NCBI RefSeq assembly: GCF_030013595.1
Contig: NZ_CP122771.1
Strand: one strand, 5' to 3'
From: Escherichia coli
Lineage (GTDB): Bacteria > Pseudomonadota > Gammaproteobacteria > Enterobacterales > Enterobacteriaceae
DNA length: 64,000 nt
Shown: positions 41,338 through 50,369 of the stretch, one piece after another
Position numbering within the stretch: the stretch's first letter is position 1
How the letters are laid out: every line of letters begins with the position of its first letter
Translations under genes and position numbers: made by a program
Notes under the pieces: model-generated
Databases searched by the model: none
The model's input: only the letters and a program-made list of their open reading frames with translations
What the model was told of the DNA's origin: nothing

Positions 41338-41687
41338 TTCTTTTCCGGTAAAGGATGTCGCCGTGCTCCTCTTTTTACTGCGCCGGCTGACGCGGCGCGG
41401 CATAAACGCTGCCTGTGGTCAGTGTCCCGCGTCCGGCGGGCACGGGACGGACGCTTTTACCGCTCCCGGCTGGCGTCAGTGACAGTGTACGCCAGCCCGT
41501 CGCCCTTTCTGATGAACGCCCTTCAAGCCGCTTTCGCGGCATAGCCTTGCCGTCAAACAGACGACGGCTGCGGTATTCCACGGTCGGCCTGACCCGTTAC
41601 CGGACGCGGTGAACAGCCCACAGGCCGCGGGGAACGGGCACCACAGGGGTGCCCTCCCGGTGCCCTCTGTAAGAGAAGGAGGCTTTT
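41338..41687 (+). repeat. Leading-region direct repeat family B, copy 2
   Basis: Near-identical to 40015-40378; ends at ATG of methyltransferase gene. Confidence 0.85.
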
Positions 41688-42371
41688 ATGTCCCGTTTTA
41701 TCCTGGGTGACTGCGTGCGAGTTATGGCCACGTTTCCGGACAATGCTGTCGATTTCATCCTCACCGACCCGCCGTATCTCGTCGGTTTCCGTGACCGTTC
41801 CGGGCGCACCATTGCCGGTGACGTTAACGATGACTGGCTGCAACCTGCCAGTAATGAGATGTACCGCGTACTCAAAAAAGACGCGTTAATGGTGAGCTTC
41901 TATGGCTGGAACCGCGTCGATCGCTTTATGGCCGCCTGGAAAAATGCGGGATTCAGCGTGGTTGGCCACCTGGTGTTTACCAAAACCTACACATCGAAGG
42001 CCGCATATGTGGGCTATCGCCACGAATGCGCCTACATCCTGGCAAAAGGACGTCCGGCGCTGCCTCAGAAGCCATTGCCCGACGTGCTGGGCTGGAAATA
42101 TTCAGGCAACCGCCATCACCCGACGGAAAAGCCTGTTACCAGCCTGCAACCGCTCATTGAGAGCTTCACACATCCGAACGCGATTGTGCTGGACCCGTTT
42201 GCAGGCAGCGGCTCAACATGCGTCGCCGCCCTCCAGTCCGGACGCCGGTATATCGGTATCGAGCTGCTTGAACAGTATCACCGTGCCGGACAGCAACGAC
42301 TGGCCGCCGTGCAACGGGCCATGCAGCAGGGGGCCGCGAATGATAACTGGTTTGAACCGGAGGCGGCGTAA
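41688..42371 (+). CDS. Orphan DNA methyltransferase (beta-class N6A/N4C)
   Basis: 227 aa; DPPY near N-terminus and FAGSGST near C-terminus; no adjacent restriction endonuclease. Confidence 0.85.
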   Translation: MSRFILGDCVRVMATFPDNAVDFILTDPPYLVGFRDRSGRTIAGDVNDDWLQPASNEMYRVLKKDALMVSFYGWNRVDRFMAAWKNAGFSVVGHLVFTKTYTSKAAYVGYRHECAYILAKGRPALPQKPLPDVLGWKYSGNRHHPTEKPVTSLQPLIESFTHPNAIVLDPFAGSGSTCVAALQSGRRYIGIELLEQYHRAGQQRLAAVQRAMQQGAANDNWFEPEAA

Positions 42372-42593
42372 ATGAACTATGCCGGACACGAAAAACTTCG
42401 CGCCGAAGTGGCGGAGGTGGCCAACACCATGTGTGACCTTCGGGCCAGGCTGAACGATATGGAGCATCGCTGTCGCTTTGATTCCGATGTGCTTGTTGAA
42501 CGCCTGACACGCCAGACGCTGTATCGCGCCAATCGCCTGTTCATGGAGGCATATACCGAAATTCTGGAACTGGATTCCTGCTTCAAAGATTGA
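42372..42593 (+). CDS. Hypothetical small protein
   Basis: 73-aa ORF start-overlapping MTase stop. Confidence 0.4.
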   Translation: MNYAGHEKLRAEVAEVANTMCDLRARLNDMEHRCRFDSDVLVERLTRQTLYRANRLFMEAYTEILELDSCFKD

Positions 42594-42603
42594 GGAGAGA
42601 GAG

Positions 42604-43039
42604 TATGTACGGAACATGCGAAACGCTGTGCCGGGAGCTGGCAGCAAAGTATCCGGGAGACACGCCACTGATGCTGGTTATCTGGTCTCCGGAAGATATT
42701 CAGGCACTGGCTGACGGTATGGAAATTTCTCTGACCGATCATGAAATCAGGACCGTCCTGGCGCGCATGGAGGACATCCCGGAAGACCAGCGGACTGAAT
42801 CCGGTATTTCTTCCGCCGCGGTGATGGAGATTATCAGCAACGTGAGCGAAAACCGCCAGGTGACCGTCCCTGCTGAACTGCTGGCGTCCCTGATTCAGAC
42901 CGCTGAACAGGCACTGTGGAAACGTGAGTGGGCCGCCCGTGATAACGGCCTCGCCGTCCCGGAATGCGTTACCCGCCGTCAGGCGGTGGTTAATCAGGCC
43001 CGCACCCTGCTGAAAAACAACACACACGAAAACAACTGA
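42604..43039 (+). CDS. Hypothetical protein, paralog of 44754-45176
   Basis: ATG at 42604 ([12 protein letters not shown]...); shares RQVTVPA-containing region with 44754 ORF. Confidence 0.5.
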
Positions 43040-43089
43040 TGTTATCGCCGCCTGCCCTGCGGGCGGCGATACAGGGAGAACGCTTAATC

Positions 43090-43869
43090 ATGAACGAAAA
43101 CAGCACGCTGAACGCACTGATTTGTCGTCACGCCCGTAACCTGCTGCTGGCGCAGGGCTGGCCGGAGGAGACGGATGTTGATCAGCGAGATCCACAGAAC
43201 TATCCGGGCTGGATCAGCATTTACGTGCGGCTGGATGCGCCCCGGCTGGCGACGTTACTTATCAACCGTCACGGCGGCGTACTGCCGCCGCTCCTGGCCT
43301 CCGCCATTCAGAGACTGACCGGAACCGGGGCGGAACTGGTACTGTCCGGCAGTCAGTGGCAGTCGCTGCCGGTACTTCCGGCAGACGGAACGCAGGTGTC
43401 TTTCCCGTATGCCGGAGAATGGCTGACCGAAGACGAAATCAGGGCTGTTCTTGATGCGGTGCACGATGCGGTACGAAGCATCTGTTACCAGGTGGCAGAA
43501 GATGCGCGGCGTATCCGTGCGGCGCTGACCACCACCGGTCAGACGTTGCTGACCCGCCAGACGCGCCGCTTTCGCCTGGTCGTGAAGGAAAGCGATCACC
43601 CCTGCTGGCTCGATGAAGATGACGAAAACCTGCCCGTGGTGCTCGATGCCATCGTGAACCGGGGAGCACGTTTTTCGTCGGTGGAAATGTATCTGGTCAG
43701 TGAGTGTATTGAGCATATCCTGTCCAGTGGGCTGGCCTGCGATGTGCTGCGTATACCGGATGAACCGCCCCGCCGCTGGTTTGACCGTGGTGTTCTGCGG
43801 GAAGTTGTCCGGGAAGCCCGGGCCGAAATCCGCAGCATGGCGGATGCCCTGACAAAAATCAGGGGCTGA
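43090..43869 (+). CDS. Hypothetical protein
   Basis: 260-aa ORF from ATG 43090. Confidence 0.5.
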   Translation: MNENSTLNALICRHARNLLLAQGWPEETDVDQRDPQNYPGWISIYVRLDAPRLATLLINRHGGVLPPLLASAIQRLTGTGAELVLSGSQWQSLPVLPADGTQVSFPYAGEWLTEDEIRAVLDAVHDAVRSICYQVAEDARRIRAALTTTGQTLLTRQTRRFRLVVKESDHPCWLDEDDENLPVVLDAIVNRGARFSSVEMYLVSECIEHILSSGLACDVLRIPDEPPRRWFDRGVLREVVREARAEIRSMADALTKIRG

Positions 43870-44281
43870 TGATGGCGGGGAAAATCCCCGCCTTTTTCCT
43901 GCCGGTCCCCGGACAGAGCACAAAGGAAGTCGCCGCCGGCTCCGCTTTACCCGGCCATGCAGGCATGGCCTTGTGGGTTTTCAGTTATGTGGCCACAGTG
44001 TCGTGTGCGGGCTGTGCCGTGCCTCCATCTTAGCCGGGCTGGCGTTGATGCAAGGGTACGCTTCGCCGCTGCGGTCACCCGGTCCCTCCTTCCCGTCTGC
44101 CGTGATTTTCCGGTCGTTCACCCGCTCAGATTTCGCGGTCTCACCCTCCAACTCCCGCCAGCCGTGTGCGTCAGGCTGCGGCTTCCCTTGCGCCCTGTGC
44201 ATCCCCGCCTTATCGCCCGGCTTTTATGGAGGCACGGCACCGCCCGGTGTCGCGGAATATGTGAACAACGGAGGAAATCCC

Positions 44282-44707
44282 ATGCAGTATGCAAAATCTG
44301 TCATTCTGAACGTTGAAGAGTGCGACCGTCTGTCTTTTCTGCCTTACCTGTTTGGCAACGATTTTCTGTATGCCGAGGCATCTGTGTACGCGCTGGCGAA
44401 AAAAATGATGCCGGAATATGAAGGCGGATTCTGGCACTTCATCCGCCTGCCGGACGGTGGCGGTTACATGATGCCGGATGGCGACCGTTTTCATCTGGTC
44501 AACGGTGAAAACTGGTTTGACCGTACGGTCAGCGCCGATGCCGCAGGCATCATTCTGACCTCCCTTGTGATTAACCGCCAGTTGTGGCTGTACCACGACA
44601 GCGGGGATGCGGGACTGACACACCTGTACCGGATGCGCGATGCGCAGTTGTGGAGCCACATCGAATTTCACCCCGAATGTAACGCGATTTACGCGGCACT
44701 GGACTGA
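44282..44707 (+). CDS. ardB: ArdB/KlcA-like antirestriction protein
   Basis: 141 aa starting [33 protein letters not shown]; recognised as ArdB/KlcA family from memory. Confidence 0.75.
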   Translation: MQYAKSVILNVEECDRLSFLPYLFGNDFLYAEASVYALAKKMMPEYEGGFWHFIRLPDGGGYMMPDGDRFHLVNGENWFDRTVSADAAGIILTSLVINRQLWLYHDSGDAGLTHLYRMRDAQLWSHIEFHPECNAIYAALD

Positions 44708-44753
44708 TTAACGGACGGGGCGGCAATGCCGTCCCTGTAAAGGCGACGAGAAC

Positions 44754-45176
44754 ATGTACTGTACTGTTAAAGAAATTATCCGCGAAGTGCTGGATACAGA
44801 CGTGCCGGACAGTGAATGCGTTTTTGCCGTGGTGCTGACCCGTGGGGATGTGCGTCACATAGCCCAGGACTGGAACCTGTCAGACGATGAGCTGGAAACC
44901 GTCATGCAGCGGCTGGACGATGCCTTTGAGCATGGTGCGGATGTCAGCGTTGTTCACGACGTTGTTCGTGAACTGATGGAAGAAAAGCGCGCCAGCCGTC
45001 AGGTGACAGTCCCGGCGGTGATGCTGGAAAAAGTGATGGCGCTGGCAGGCAGTGAAATGAAGCGCCTGTATGCCGTCGGGAGTGAGAACGGGGGCGACGG
45101 TGACGCATTCGTCAGGGAAGAACGCGAAGCAATGGACGTTGTGTTACAGGCGCTGGACGGGGAGCACATGTCATGA
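44754..45176 (+). CDS. Hypothetical protein, paralog of 42604-43039
   Basis: 140-aa ORF; shared RQVTVPA motif and acidic profile. Confidence 0.5.
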   Translation: MYCTVKEIIREVLDTDVPDSECVFAVVLTRGDVRHIAQDWNLSDDELETVMQRLDDAFEHGADVSVVHDVVRELMEEKRASRQVTVPAVMLEKVMALAGSEMKRLYAVGSENGGDGDAFVREEREAMDVVLQALDGEHMS

Positions 45177-45364
45177 ATATCAGCACAGAAACCCGCGAAA
45201 TTCTGCGTAATTACAGGGCCGTGATTAATGCACGACGTCGTGAGATGGGGCAGAAACCGCTCACCACCGCGCAGGTTGTTGATGAAATCTGCGATTTTGT
45301 GGCGAATCAGCAGGCGGTTTTCCTCGGTGGTCACTACATCCTGCAGGGTAACAGAAACAGATGA
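45173..45364 (+). CDS. Hypothetical small protein
   Basis: 63-aa ORF overlapping stop of upstream gene. Confidence 0.35.
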   Translation: MNISTETREILRNYRAVINARRREMGQKPLTTAQVVDEICDFVANQQAVFLGGHYILQGNRNR

Positions 45365-45592
45365 TACAGAGGCAGGCGGTGGAGGCCGCCTGTCAGCCCG
45401 CGCGAAAACCCCTGGCAGGCTGGCGCCTGCCGGAAGGGAAGCGGGCCACGCTGGCGCGTCGCCCGTTACCCTTCCCGTTTGTGATGTGTCCGGAATGTTT
45501 TTTTCTGATGGTATGACCCTGTTCCTGTTGTTGTTGTTGTTCTTTTCTCTGCTGCCCTGATTCTGACTACTGCAGTGTTGTCCTGTCTGCCT

Positions 45593-46165
45593 GCGCACCT
45601 TCGGCTCCCGGCTGCCTGGCGGCATCCGGTCGTCAGGCCCGACTCCGACAGGCAGCTGCTGGCGCACCCGCCAGTCTCCGCCGAACCCGCTGGCGCGGTT
45701 TCGGGCTGTCGCTACGGTCCGATGCGTGAAAACCCCGGGCTTGCAGCGACCGTTCCGGTCGCGCCACCCTTGTCGCGCCGTGGCCTGCGCTCCCGGCATC
45801 CCGGCAAAAGGCCGCCGGGATGTAAGGCGCAACGCCGTTTCGCGCACGCGCTCTCCGTCGTTGCGGCGGGTCCCTGCTCATTGCCTGCCGGGTGCCACAC
45901 ACCCGTATGAGTCCCTGTCGCCGGGGGCTGATACAGCCACAACCTGCCGCACTGACTGTCCAGGGTAAATGAACAGCCCACAAAATTTTTTACCCAAAAC
46001 CCGGTAAAAAATTTTGCGTTCTGCCCGGGACAGGTGCGTCAGGCCGTGGCAGTGATGCCCCTTGCGGCGAAGGTTCTCAAACGGGTGAAGTTCATACCAC
46101 AGGGAATACAGCAGCAGGTTCCCGCGAAACGTCAAAACCGCGGCTCCCGAAACTCAACGGGTGAT
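45593..46165 (+). repeat. Frpo-like leading-region repeat, copy 1 (hairpin 45979-46018)
   Basis: About 570 bp GC-rich unit also at 49012-49465 and 59340-59925; 14-bp perfect stem caaaattttttacc/ggtaaaaaattttg. Confidence 0.8.
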
Positions 46166-46395
46166 GTTCTTTAAAAATCAGGATTTATTTCAGGCTCCGG
46201 CAATATGCATTTATTTGTTCTGTCAGTCATCCGGCTGGCAGGTAATGAGAACGCAGGAACAGAAGGAGGAAAACACCGGAGAACGTCAGACGCAGATATG
46301 AAAAAAGCAGGTCAGGGACCTGCTTAATCCACACCGCAGAGACTGCACGAACAGTCTTTACGGTTTCATTAATTAACGTCATAAGAGGCTAAATT

Positions 46396-46626
46396 ATGAC
46401 AGTAAGTATTGTTTCACCTTCCGCAGCGGCTGTAAAGCCCCGCCGTCATCCCCGTTTCAGACGCGAAGACATCCCCGCGCCGGAAATTGACCCCGTGCTG
46501 AAAGCCTTCGGGCGACACATTGCCCGGAGTTTTCACCGGGGGCGTGGTGTACACATCCCCGCCATGAAAAACACGACCTTCGGGCAGGTGCTCCGCACAC
46601 TCGAACTGAAACGCGCTTTTAACTGA
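46396..46626 (+). CDS. Hypothetical small protein
   Basis: 76-aa ORF downstream of Frpo-like copy 1. Confidence 0.4.
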   Translation: MTVSIVSPSAAAVKPRRHPRFRREDIPAPEIDPVLKAFGRHIARSFHRGRGVHIPAMKNTTFGQVLRTLELKRAFN

Positions 46627-46677
46627 TGAGGTGAGCCGCCCCGCGAGGGGCGGCAACAGACGGAAGGAGAACATTTT

Positions 46678-48039
46678 ATGACATTAGCAGCAATCACCAT
46701 GACCGCCCCGGAAGCCGCCAGCCCTGTGCAGATGTACCGCGCGACCTACTCACCGGATGACAACAAACTGCGCCTGTATGCCGTGTCACGTCTTGACCCG
46801 GAGACGTATAAAAAAGTGCATGATGCCGGTTTCCGCTGGGCACCAAAACAGGAGCTGTTTGTCGCGCTAGCCTGGACACCGGGCCGGGAAGACGTGCTCC
46901 TCTCACTTGCCGGAGAGATTGAGGATGAAGACAGCACGCTCGCTGAACGTCAGGAAGCACGGGCGGAGCGGTTTACCGGATACAGCGGAAAGCGGGCCAG
47001 TGAATCCGCACAGGCACTTGATGAAGTGGAAAGACTGGCCGCGATGATCCCGCCCGGTCAGCCCATTCTTGTGGGGCATCACAGCGAACGCCGCACCCGT
47101 CGTGATGCGCAGCGTATTGAAAACGGCATGAAACGAGCAGTGATGCTCTTTGAACGTGCGGAATACTGGGAAGAGCGGGCGCGGTCGGCACGGCTTCACG
47201 CGAAGTATAAAGAACGTCCGGACGTTCGCTGGCGTCGCATCAAAAAAATCGAAGCTGATTTGCGCAAGGCTGAAAAGACCATCGCACAGTCGCAGAAATA
47301 TCTGACGATGTGGCGGGCTGAATCGCTGGATCTGAATATGGCAAAATTCATCAGCAGTTATGACCGTATCAGTGCCTGTTTCCCGCTGGATACGTATCCG
47401 CGCCCGGCAGAAAAAAGCCAGTATGAAGGGAGCCGGTCGTTATGGTCGGCCCTGGATGATGACATCATCACCACGGAGCAGGCCCGCGAAATTGCGATCC
47501 GCTGTCATGAACGGCAGATTCAGCATCAACAACGCTGGGTTAACCACTATCAGAACCGCCTGATCTATGAGCGTACCATGCTGGACGAAAGCGGCGGCGT
47601 GGTTACCCGGACACAGGATTTTGAGCCGGGCGGACAGGTTTTCAGCCGGGGCGAGTGGCTGACCATCATCCGTGTGAACAAAAGCAACGGGGCGGTGAGT
47701 TCAGTCACAACGCCGAATTACAGTTTCCTCGGGTACAGCGGCACGATGAAAGTGACGCCCGATCGCATCACGGACTACAAAGCACCATCGGCAGAAGAGG
47801 CTGCCGTCGCCAGCCAGGCCGCGAAGCGTCCGCCGGTAGTCAACTATCCGGGGGAAGGTTTCCGGGAAATGACAAAGGCACAGTGGGCCGCCCTGCCCCG
47901 GGACTGTAAGGCCGTGCGCAGTGTGGCAGAAGCAGAAGACCACGGGGCATACCGCTACCGCCGCACAATGGACAATAATTTCCGTCTGGTGAATGTGTAT
48001 ATCACCGACATGAAAATTACGGAAATCCCACAGAAATAA
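46678..48039 (+). CDS. Conserved leading-region hypothetical protein
   Basis: 453-aa ORF with GGAGAA RBS. Confidence 0.6.
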   Translation: MTLAAITMTAPEAASPVQMYRATYSPDDNKLRLYAVSRLDPETYKKVHDAGFRWAPKQELFVALAWTPGREDVLLSLAGEIEDEDSTLAERQEARAERFTGYSGKRASESAQALDEVERLAAMIPPGQPILVGHHSERRTRRDAQRIENGMKRAVMLFERAEYWEERARSARLHAKYKERPDVRWRRIKKIEADLRKAEKTIAQSQKYLTMWRAESLDLNMAKFISSYDRISACFPLDTYPRPAEKSQYEGSRSLWSALDDDIITTEQAREIAIRCHERQIQHQQRWVNHYQNRLIYERTMLDESGGVVTRTQDFEPGGQVFSRGEWLTIIRVNKSNGAVSSVTTPNYSFLGYSGTMKVTPDRITDYKAPSAEEAAVASQAAKRPPVVNYPGEGFREMTKAQWAALPRDCKAVRSVAEAEDHGAYRYRRTMDNNFRLVNVYITDMKITEIPQK

Positions 48040-48085
48040 GGTATATCCCCCCGGGAAATCCCCGGGGGATGACGGAGATAATGAC

Positions 48086-48649
48086 ATGCACAGTCAGTTA
48101 AGAGAACGTATCCGGCTGATGCGCGCAAGGCTGGATAACGCCGCGCCGGTTGCTGAAATCCGGGCTGAATCTCAGCTTTTTGTGACTCCTGCCCCGGTCT
48201 GTGATCGCCTGGTGACGCTGGCGGAGATCAGCAACCGTGATCACATTCTGGAACCCTCTGCCGGCACCGGGGCCATACTGCGGGCGATTCGGGATACCGC
48301 GCCGGGGGCCATGTGTGATGCGGTGGAAATCAACAGCGGGCTGGTCCGGTATCTGCGGGAAAATTTTAACGGTGTCAGGGTTCAGTGTGGCGACTTCATG
48401 GAATGGCAGCCGGTGCAGTATTACAGCCGGGTTATCATGAATCCGCCGTTCAGCCACGGGCAGGATATCCGGCATATCCTGCGGGCCTTTTCCCTGTTGC
48501 GTCCGGGTGGCGTGCTGGTCGCCGTCTGTCTCAACGGACCACGCCAGCAGGAGAAGCTGTTGCCGTTTTCTGACGTCCGCGAGGAGCTGCCGCGCGGCAC
48601 GTTTGCTTATACCCGTGTTCCGACGATGATTATTCGTCTGCGGGCCTGA
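48086..48649 (+). CDS. Small orphan N6-adenine DNA methyltransferase-like protein
   Basis: 187 aa; SAM-binding EPSAGTG followed by NPPF catalytic motif. Confidence 0.75.
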   Translation: MHSQLRERIRLMRARLDNAAPVAEIRAESQLFVTPAPVCDRLVTLAEISNRDHILEPSAGTGAILRAIRDTAPGAMCDAVEINSGLVRYLRENFNGVRVQCGDFMEWQPVQYYSRVIMNPPFSHGQDIRHILRAFSLLRPGGVLVAVCLNGPRQQEKLLPFSDVREELPRGTFAYTRVPTMIIRLRA

Positions 48650-48830
48650 AGACGCCGGGCAGGCGGGAGGATAAATGCCTGTCTGTCCGCGCCGGGAAAA
48701 GACCGCGCGCCGGTGGCGCTGAAAGGGGCCGCGCTGACGCGCCGCCCCTTTCATTACGCGGACGTTCTGACGGGGGCTTCTGTCTTTTCAGACCTGTCAT
48801 TTGCCTGTTACTGATGATGTTGTTGTTCCT

Positions 48831-48866
48831 GCTACTGCTACTGCTACTGCTACTGCTACTGCTACT
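48831..48866. repeat. Hexanucleotide microsatellite (gctact)x6
   Basis: Direct reading; related (gtt)x5 run at 45523-45542 in the equivalent position before Frpo-like copy 1. Confidence 0.85.
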
Positions 48867-49011
48867 GTTCTTCTTTTTTCTGATGCTCTCATTACTGTCT
48901 GTTTTGTTGTTCTCCTGCTTATGCCTTTTCCGGGCGTCCCCCTGGCGGGGCGGGCTGTCGTGAACGGAGCCAGCGAAGCTGTCTCCGCCCTGGCGGGCTT
49001 CCATCCCTGAC

Positions 49012-49465
49012 GCCAAACCCCCTGGCTTGCAGCGACCGTTCCGGTCGCGCCGCCTCTGTCGCGCCGTGACCTGCGCTCCCGGCATCCCGGCAAAAGGCCG
49101 CCGGGATGTGAGGGGCAACGCCGTTTCGCGCACGCGCTCTTCGTCGTTGCGGCGGGTGCCTGCCCGTTGTTGTATCCGGTGCCCTGCACCCGTTTAAGCC
49201 CCTGTCGCCGGGGGCAAAGACAGCCACAACCGTCTCCGCCAGTCCAGGGGTGAAATGCACATCCCACAAAAGTTTTTGCCCAAAAGCCGGCAAAAACTTT
49301 TGTGGTCTGCCCCCGGACAGTCGTTTCCGGCCGTGGCAGTGATGCCCCTTGCGGCGAAGGTTCTCAAACGGGTGATGGTTAATACCGGAGGGAACAAACG
49401 GCAGGTCCCCGCAAAACGTCAAAACCGCGGCTCCCGAAACTCAACGGGTGATGGGGGCTGAAAAC
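49012..49465 (+). repeat. Frpo-like leading-region repeat, copy 2 (hairpin 49264-49305), immediately upstream of ssb
   Basis: Perfect 17-bp stem ccacaaaagtttttgcc/ggcaaaaacttttgtgg; unit ends at ssb RBS. Confidence 0.8.
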
Positions 49466-49486
49466 ATCAACAGAAGGAGACACATC

Positions 49487-50017
49487 ATGGCAGTTCGTGG
49501 AATTAACAAGGTCATTCTTGTCGGTCGCCTGGGAAAAGATCCGGAAGTCCGTTACATCCCCAACGGGGGCGCAGTGGCAAACCTGCAGGTGGCCACGTCA
49601 GAAAGCTGGCGTGACAAACAGACGGGGGAGATGCGGGAGCAGACGGAATGGCATCGCGTGGTGTTGTTCGGCAAGCTCGCGGAAGTGGCTGGTGAATATT
49701 TGCGTAAGGGTGCGCAGGTCTACATCGAGGGGCAACTCCGTACCCGTAGCTGGGACGACAACAACGGCGTCACCCGTTACATCACTGAAATCCTTGTTAA
49801 AAACACGGGCACCATGCAGATGCTGGGACGTGCCGCAGGTACTCAGACTCAGCCGGAAGAGGCGCAACAGTTCAGCGGTCAGCCTCAGCCGGAATCACAG
49901 CCGGAACCGAAAAAAGGTGGCGCGAAAACGAAAGGCCGTGGACGTAAGGCCGCGCAGCCGGAGCCTCAGCAGCCGTCTGAACCCGCGTATGACTTCGATG
50001 ACGACATTCCGTTCTAA
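49487..50017 (+). CDS. ssb: Plasmid single-stranded DNA-binding protein
   Basis: [25 protein letters not shown]-fold N-terminus; Gly/Gln/Pro-rich tail ending DDDIPF. Confidence 0.95.
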   Translation: MAVRGINKVILVGRLGKDPEVRYIPNGGAVANLQVATSESWRDKQTGEMREQTEWHRVVLFGKLAEVAGEYLRKGAQVYIEGQLRTRSWDDNNGVTRYITEILVKNTGTMQMLGRAAGTQTQPEEAQQFSGQPQPESQPEPKKGGAKTKGRGRKAAQPEPQQPSEPAYDFDDDIPF

Positions 50018-50066
50018 CGAAAGACAGTGACAACCGCCCCGTCCAGTGCGGGGCATCACCGGAGAT

Positions 50067-50306
50067 ATGAGGATGAGCGAATATTTCAGAATATTTCAGG
50101 GGCTGCCTGACGGCTCCTTTACCCGCGAACAGGCTGAAGCCGTTGCCGCACAGTACCGGAATGTCTTTATCGAGGATGATCAGGGAACGCATTTTCGCCT
50201 GGTTGTCCGCAATAACAGTGGCCTGGTCTGGCGTACCTGGAATTTTGAGGACGGTGCCGGGTACTGGATGAACCATGTCATCCGGAATTTCGGCATTCTT
50301 AAGTAA
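50067..50306 (+). CDS. Hypothetical small protein
   Basis: About 80-aa ORF downstream of ssb; start approximate. Confidence 0.5.
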   Translation: MRMSEYFRIFQGLPDGSFTREQAEAVAAQYRNVFIEDDQGTHFRLVVRNNSGLVWRTWNFEDGAGYWMNHVIRNFGILK

Positions 50307-50369
50307 GAGAGGTGCCGGACGGGAACGCGTCCGGCAGACATACAACCATCCCGGTCAAAGGAGAAATAT

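Noticed and set aside
42213-43923. Several minus-strand ORFs of 150-220 aa across the leading region
   Set aside because: Each overlaps a better-supported + strand gene with RBS and operon context; compositions are Arg/Gly/Pro-biased
45633-45983. ORFs on both strands within Frpo-like repeats (also 48797-49422 and 59380-59884)
   Set aside because: Lie in GC-rich structured repeats, lack RBS, and the reading frame is not maintained between repeat copies
48098-48754. 218-aa minus-strand ORF
   Set aside because: Antisense to the NPPF methyltransferase-like gene, which carries recognisable motifs
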